This document shows positions 27,795 to 32,000 of a stretch of DNA of 32,000 nt, piece by piece (position 1 is the first letter of the stretch; each line of letters opens with the position of its first letter). The notes under the pieces are model-generated. The model made no database searches and was not told the DNA's origin. It saw only the letters and a program-made list of their open reading frames with translations. A program made the position numbers and the translations under genes. This DNA is from Trichodesmium erythraeum IMS101 (lineage in GTDB: Bacteria > Cyanobacteriota > Cyanobacteriia > Cyanobacteriales > Microcoleaceae), in contig NC_008312.1 in the NCBI RefSeq assembly GCF_000014265.1, positions 6,420,001-6,452,000 on the forward strand. The letters run 5' to 3'.

Positions 27795-28721
27795 TTAATT
27801 CACTAAACAAGCTTCTATTGTTTCTAATACTGACTTAGACAAACTGGGTAAGTCATAACCACCTTCTAAACCAAATAATATCTTGCGGGTTATTTGCAAA
27901 CAATATTCTGTAAATAATCTATAGTCTTCTGGTTGTAGAGAAATACTTGCTAATGGGTCGTCATGGTTAGCATCATAACCAGCACTAACAATCAATAAAT
28001 CTGGTTGAAAATTAGCTAAAAAGGGGATGACTTTTTCCTTGAAAGCCCTTTGATAATTAGCTATTGTACTACCTGGCGACATAGGCAGATTTAGTACATT
28101 ATTGTAAAAACCATGTTCCTCAGCAGACCCTGTTCCAGGATAACAGGGATATTGATGCAGAGAACAGTAAGCTATGTTCTCATTAGTTTCTACAATTTCT
28201 TGAGTACCATTACCATGATGTACATCCCAGTCGAGAATGGCAACTTTGTTAATGTCTAGTTTTTCTAGGGCATAATGAGCGGCGATCGCAGCATTGGAAA
28301 ATAAGCAAAAACCCATGCCCCGTCTGCTTTCAGCATGATGTCCAGGTGGTCTTGCCAAAACAAAAGTAGGTTTCCTATTTGTTAATACCAAATCTACTCC
28401 ATCTAACCAAGCACTTACCGCTAACAATGCCACATCATAACTTTTAACAAAAACTGGTGTATCTGTATCTAAAAAACCTCCACCATGATCAGCTATTTCT
28501 GCCACTGCTTTAATATGACTACGAGAATGAACTTTTTCTAGCAGTGTCATCAATAATGAATCACGCTGTTGTACTGGGGTAGGTGAGTGCCATTGCAGTT
28601 GGCCATTATCAGGAAAGGCTTTGAGAGCTGTCACAATTGCAGTTAAACGTTCTGGTCGCTCTGGGTGTAATATACCAGTTTTATGTTCGAGAAATTCATC
28701 GGAGTAAATAACAGAAACCAT
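27795..28721 (-). CDS. histone deacetylase-family protein (AcuC/acetylpolyamine amidohydrolase-like)
   Basis: 308-aa ORF with HPERPERL, ARPPGHHA, the zinc/active-site block DWDVHHGNGTQ, SAGYDAH-type SAGYDAN, and EGGY. Confidence 0.9.
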   Translation of the reverse strand: MVSVIYSDEFLEHKTGILHPERPERLTAIVTALKAFPDNGQLQWHSPTPVQQRDSLLMTLLEKVHSRSHIKAVAEIADHGGGFLDTDTPVFVKSYDVALLAVSAWLDGVDLVLTNRKPTFVLARPPGHHAESRRGMGFCLFSNAAIAAHYALEKLDINKVAILDWDVHHGNGTQEIVETNENIAYCSLHQYPCYPGTGSAEEHGFYNNVLNLPMSPGSTIANYQRAFKEKVIPFLANFQPDLLIVSAGYDANHDDPLASISLQPEDYRLFTEYCLQITRKILFGLEGGYDLPSLSKSVLETIEACLVN

Positions 28722-28769
28722 AATTTAATTTTAGATATTAGAAATTGTCCCATTTGATGAAACCTTGAT

Positions 28770-28865
28770 AGGACTTATGCAGAAACTGAGTTGATTTACA
28801 GAAATTTCTTAAAAAATAGTAATCAAGGCAATAAGTCCGATTTTTTGTTTGGGTGCATAAGTCCT
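28770..28865. repeat. 96-bp unit bounded by perfect 12-bp inverted termini AGGACTTATGCA / TGCATAAGTCCT
   Basis: The termini are exact reverse complements. There is an additional internal ATAAGTCC at ~28831. It lies in the divergent HDAC/gyrA intergenic region. The termini are the same type as at 3348..3435, but the interiors are unrelated. Confidence 0.6.
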
Positions 28866-29075
28866 ATTTTATTGTAATCATATCAAGATTTAAAATTAAT
28901 ATTTAATTAAAAATCTTGAAATATTTCTGATAAATTTTATGAAAAGATGCAGACAAAATGTGCTATAGTTTTAAATATAAAATAACTTTCTAAATATATC
29001 AAAATTAATCGAACAAAATTAGATTTTTTTGGTTTATTCCTAGTTAATTATAAATTTAATGGAGTTTTTCATTAT

Positions 29076-31733
29076 ATGACTACTTCTGAATCACGAATTG
29101 TACCAACAGATTTGCGCAATGAAATGTCCCAATCATACCTAGAATACGCTATGAGCGTCATCGTAGGTCGGGCGTTGCCAGATGCTAGAGATGGTCTCAA
29201 ACCTGTACATCGTCGCATACTTTATGCTATGCATGAACTAGGTTTAACTCCAGACCGCCCTTTCCGGAAATGCGCTCGTGTAGTAGGAGAAGTACTGGGT
29301 AAATACCACCCCCATGGTGATACAGCAGTGTATGATGCTTTGGTGCGAATGGCTCAAGATTTTTCAATGCGATCTCCATTAATTCAAGGCCATGGTAACT
29401 TTGGTTCTGTAGATAATGATCCTCCGGCTGCGATGCGTTACACCGAATGTCGTCTGCAAGTGCTAACTTGTGATGCTATGCTGCGGGATATTGATTCAGA
29501 AACAGTAGATTTTGCCGATAACTTTGATGGTTCTCAACAAGAACCGTTGGTACTCCCTTCTCGTGTTCCACAACTATTTCTTAACGGTTCGTCTGGAATT
29601 GCAGTGGGGATGGCAACTAATATTCCTCCCCATAATTTGGGAGAATTGATTGATGGTTTGGTAGCTCTAATTCACAACTCAGAAATAACTGAGAACGAAT
29701 TAATACAGCATATTCCCGGTCCTGATTTTCCTACAGGGGCTCAAATCTTAGGTAAATCAGGTATTAGGGATGCTTACACCCTTGGTCGCGGTTCCATCAC
29801 CATGCGTGGTGTTGCTACAATAGAGACTATTGAACAACGAGGTCGCCCTGACAAAGAGGCTATTATTGTCACCGAGTTACCATACCAAACTAACAAAGCA
29901 GCATTAATTGAAAAAATTGCTGAATTGGTGAATGACAAAAAAATTGAGGGTATTTCTGATATCCGGGATGAGAGCGATCGCAATGGAATGCGTATTGTTA
30001 TTGAACTTAAACGAGATGCTTATCCCAGAGTTGTACTGAATAATCTCTACAAACAAACTCCCCTACAAGCAAATTTCGGAGCCAATGTTTTAGCACTGGT
30101 AAATTCTGAACCCCAGTTATTAACTCTGAAAAAATACCTAGAAGTTTTCCTAGAATTTAGGGTAGAAACTATTACTAGGAGAACAGAATATGAGCTGCGA
30201 AAAGCTGAAGAAAGAGATCATTTATTACAAGGTTTACTAATTGCTTTAGATAACCTTGATGAAATTATTCAATTAATTCGCAATGCTGCTGATACCCCTA
30301 ATGCTAAAAAAGAATTAATCGAAAATTATGGTTTATCTGAAGTTCAATCTGATGCAATTTTACAAATGCAGTTAAGAAGATTAACAGCATTAGAAGCACA
30401 AAAAATTCAAAAAGAACATGAAGAATTACTACTAAAAATTGCTGATTTGCAAGATATATTAGCTAAACGAGAACGCATTCTAGAAATTATCGAAACTGAA
30501 GCTATAGAAATTAAAGAACGTCATGCAACTCCCAGAAGAACTGTTATTGAACTAGCAGAAGGAGAGCTAGATGATACAGATTTAATTGCCAATGAAAAAG
30601 CAATTATTTTATTAACAGAACAAGGCTATATTAAGCGGATGCCAGTTAATTCCTTTGAAGCTCAAAGTCGAGCAACTCGCGGTAAATCTGGCACTAAAAT
30701 GAAAGAAGATGATGTAGTTGAACATTTTCTCAGTTGTTATGACCATGACAGTATTTTATTCTTTAGCCAAAGGGGAGTTGTTTACTGTCTAAATGCTTAT
30801 CAAATTCCTATTGGTTCTCGTGTTGCTCGGGGAGTACCAATAGTGCAAATGTTGCCAATTCCTAGAGATGAAAAAGTTACTTCTATTGTGGCTGTTTCTG
30901 AGTTTACTGATGACAAATATTTAGTCATGCTGACTAAGGGTGGATATATCAAAAAAACAAGTTTATCCGCATTTGCTAATATTCGTTCTAATGGATTAAT
31001 AGCTATTTCTCTTGGAGAAGGTGATAGTTTAAGGTGGGTAAGGAGAGCTAAAGTTGATGATAGTCTAATTATTGGTTCTAGTTATGGAATGGCAATTCAC
31101 TTTAGAACGGATAATAAACAGTTGCGTCCTTTAGGTAGAAATACTAGAGGAGTAAAATCTATGAAACTTATCAAAGGTGATGAGTTAATTAGTATGGATA
31201 TTTTACCTAGTTCAATAGTAGAAAATATTGCTGATATAGATGAAGAAAATTTAGAATTAGAAGAAGAAGAGTTAGAAATAGAAACTGATGAAATAGAAGA
31301 GGTAGAAAGTGATGAATTTACTGCCACTAACAATATAGGATCTTGGGTATTAGTTATTACTACAAATGGTTATGGAAAGCGAGTACCAGTTTCTCAATTT
31401 ACTTTACAAAATAGAGGTGGCAAAGGTCGTATTGCTACTAAGTTTAAACAGAAGAAAAAGAAACAAGACCAAGTAGCTGCTTTGCGAGTAGTAAATGAGT
31501 CAGAAGAGTTGATGATAATTACTGCAAAGGGAATTATTATTCGTCAAGCAATAGATGCTATTTCTATTCAATCTCGTAGTGCTACAGGAGTTAGAGTACA
31601 AAAACTTGATGATGCAGATGCTATAGCAGAGGTGGCTTTAGTTCCGGCTACGGAAACTGAAGAAACAATAGAAATAGAAGAAGGTATAATGGAAGCAGAA
31701 GTAGTGGAAACAGAAGAAGATATGGAAGAATAA
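29076..31733 (+). CDS. gyrA: DNA gyrase subunit A
   Basis: 885-aa ORF with [35 protein letters not shown], and the active-site Tyr context AAMRYTE. The C-terminal beta-pinwheel repeats carry an acidic insertion, and the protein ends in an acidic tail. Confidence 0.97.
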   Translation: MTTSESRIVPTDLRNEMSQSYLEYAMSVIVGRALPDARDGLKPVHRRILYAMHELGLTPDRPFRKCARVVGEVLGKYHPHGDTAVYDALVRMAQDFSMRSPLIQGHGNFGSVDNDPPAAMRYTECRLQVLTCDAMLRDIDSETVDFADNFDGSQQEPLVLPSRVPQLFLNGSSGIAVGMATNIPPHNLGELIDGLVALIHNSEITENELIQHIPGPDFPTGAQILGKSGIRDAYTLGRGSITMRGVATIETIEQRGRPDKEAIIVTELPYQTNKAALIEKIAELVNDKKIEGISDIRDESDRNGMRIVIELKRDAYPRVVLNNLYKQTPLQANFGANVLALVNSEPQLLTLKKYLEVFLEFRVETITRRTEYELRKAEERDHLLQGLLIALDNLDEIIQLIRNAADTPNAKKELIENYGLSEVQSDAILQMQLRRLTALEAQKIQKEHEELLLKIADLQDILAKRERILEIIETEAIEIKERHATPRRTVIELAEGELDDTDLIANEKAIILLTEQGYIKRMPVNSFEAQSRATRGKSGTKMKEDDVVEHFLSCYDHDSILFFSQRGVVYCLNAYQIPIGSRVARGVPIVQMLPIPRDEKVTSIVAVSEFTDDKYLVMLTKGGYIKKTSLSAFANIRSNGLIAISLGEGDSLRWVRRAKVDDSLIIGSSYGMAIHFRTDNKQLRPLGRNTRGVKSMKLIKGDELISMDILPSSIVENIADIDEENLELEEEELEIETDEIEEVESDEFTATNNIGSWVLVITTNGYGKRVPVSQFTLQNRGGKGRIATKFKQKKKKQDQVAALRVVNESEELMIITAKGIIIRQAIDAISIQSRSATGVRVQKLDDADAIAEVALVPATETEETIEIEEGIMEAEVVETEEDMEE

Positions 31734-32000
31734 ACATTTGTTTGTAGTTGGGTTGGCACATCAAGATACATCTTTTGCAATTTAGCCATTCAGGCATTAG
31801 CTGTTAGTCTGTCAGCCATTAGGCTAACAGAAACAGCAAATTATAATCTAAATTATACTGTTTTTTTAAATCAAGTTGCGATAGTTTAATTACCTATAAT
31901 TACCTAATTAAACTGATTATATTAAGTATCATTAATTAGTCATAATAAAATTATTTTCTCCCATCAACTGCTCTAAATTACCTAAAATTTACTAGCAACA

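Noticed and set aside
31795-31835. Stem CTGTTAGTC...GGCTAACAG after gyrA, considered as a terminator
   Set aside because: A 9-bp stem (including a G-U pair) with a 12-nt loop and no following U-tract. It resembles the AGCTGAT/TTAGC STRR-type repeats seen elsewhere (7060, 11750), so the evidence is not strong enough to call a terminator.

Overview
AT-rich cyanobacterial chromosomal window. By eye there are at least 12 HIP1 octamers (GCGATCGC), STRR-like heptamer tracts, and cyanobacteria-typical genes (ycf54, crtE, hppD). The repeat style suggests a heterocystous (Nostocales-type) lineage, but that is inference only. Intact housekeeping genes: ABC ATPase, dacB, purB, a NUDIX gene, folD, crtE plus a PAP2-like gene, ycf54, pdxJ, an SPFH gene, hppD, an HDAC-family gene, gyrA, and tRNA-Cys. 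These are interspersed with an unusually high load of decayed DNA: fragments of IS630, IS1, IS4, IS5 and IS605-tnpB, a metallophosphoesterase pseudogene, a 5'-truncated gene stub, and two gene-free AT-rich gaps of about 0.85 kb each. The most interesting locus is 20262..23136. There a multidomain cell-wall hydrolase gene (GH24 lysozyme, PG-binding domain, YkuD/Tlde1-like C-terminal domain) is split inside a conserved lysozyme motif by a 1387-bp group II intron. The intron's ribozyme landmarks look intact: 5' GUGCG, candidate EBS1/EBS2 pairings, domain V, a domain VI bulged A, and a 3' AC. Its reverse-transcriptase/maturase ORF is reduced to frameshifted N-terminal and HNH fragments. The second notable structure is a diverged tandem duplication with a period of about 770 bp. 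It copies the dacB promoter and the first ~89 codons. I found no CRISPR array, no rRNA and no obvious defence or toxin-antitoxin operon. All calls rest on reading and translating the sequence by eye; no searches were run.
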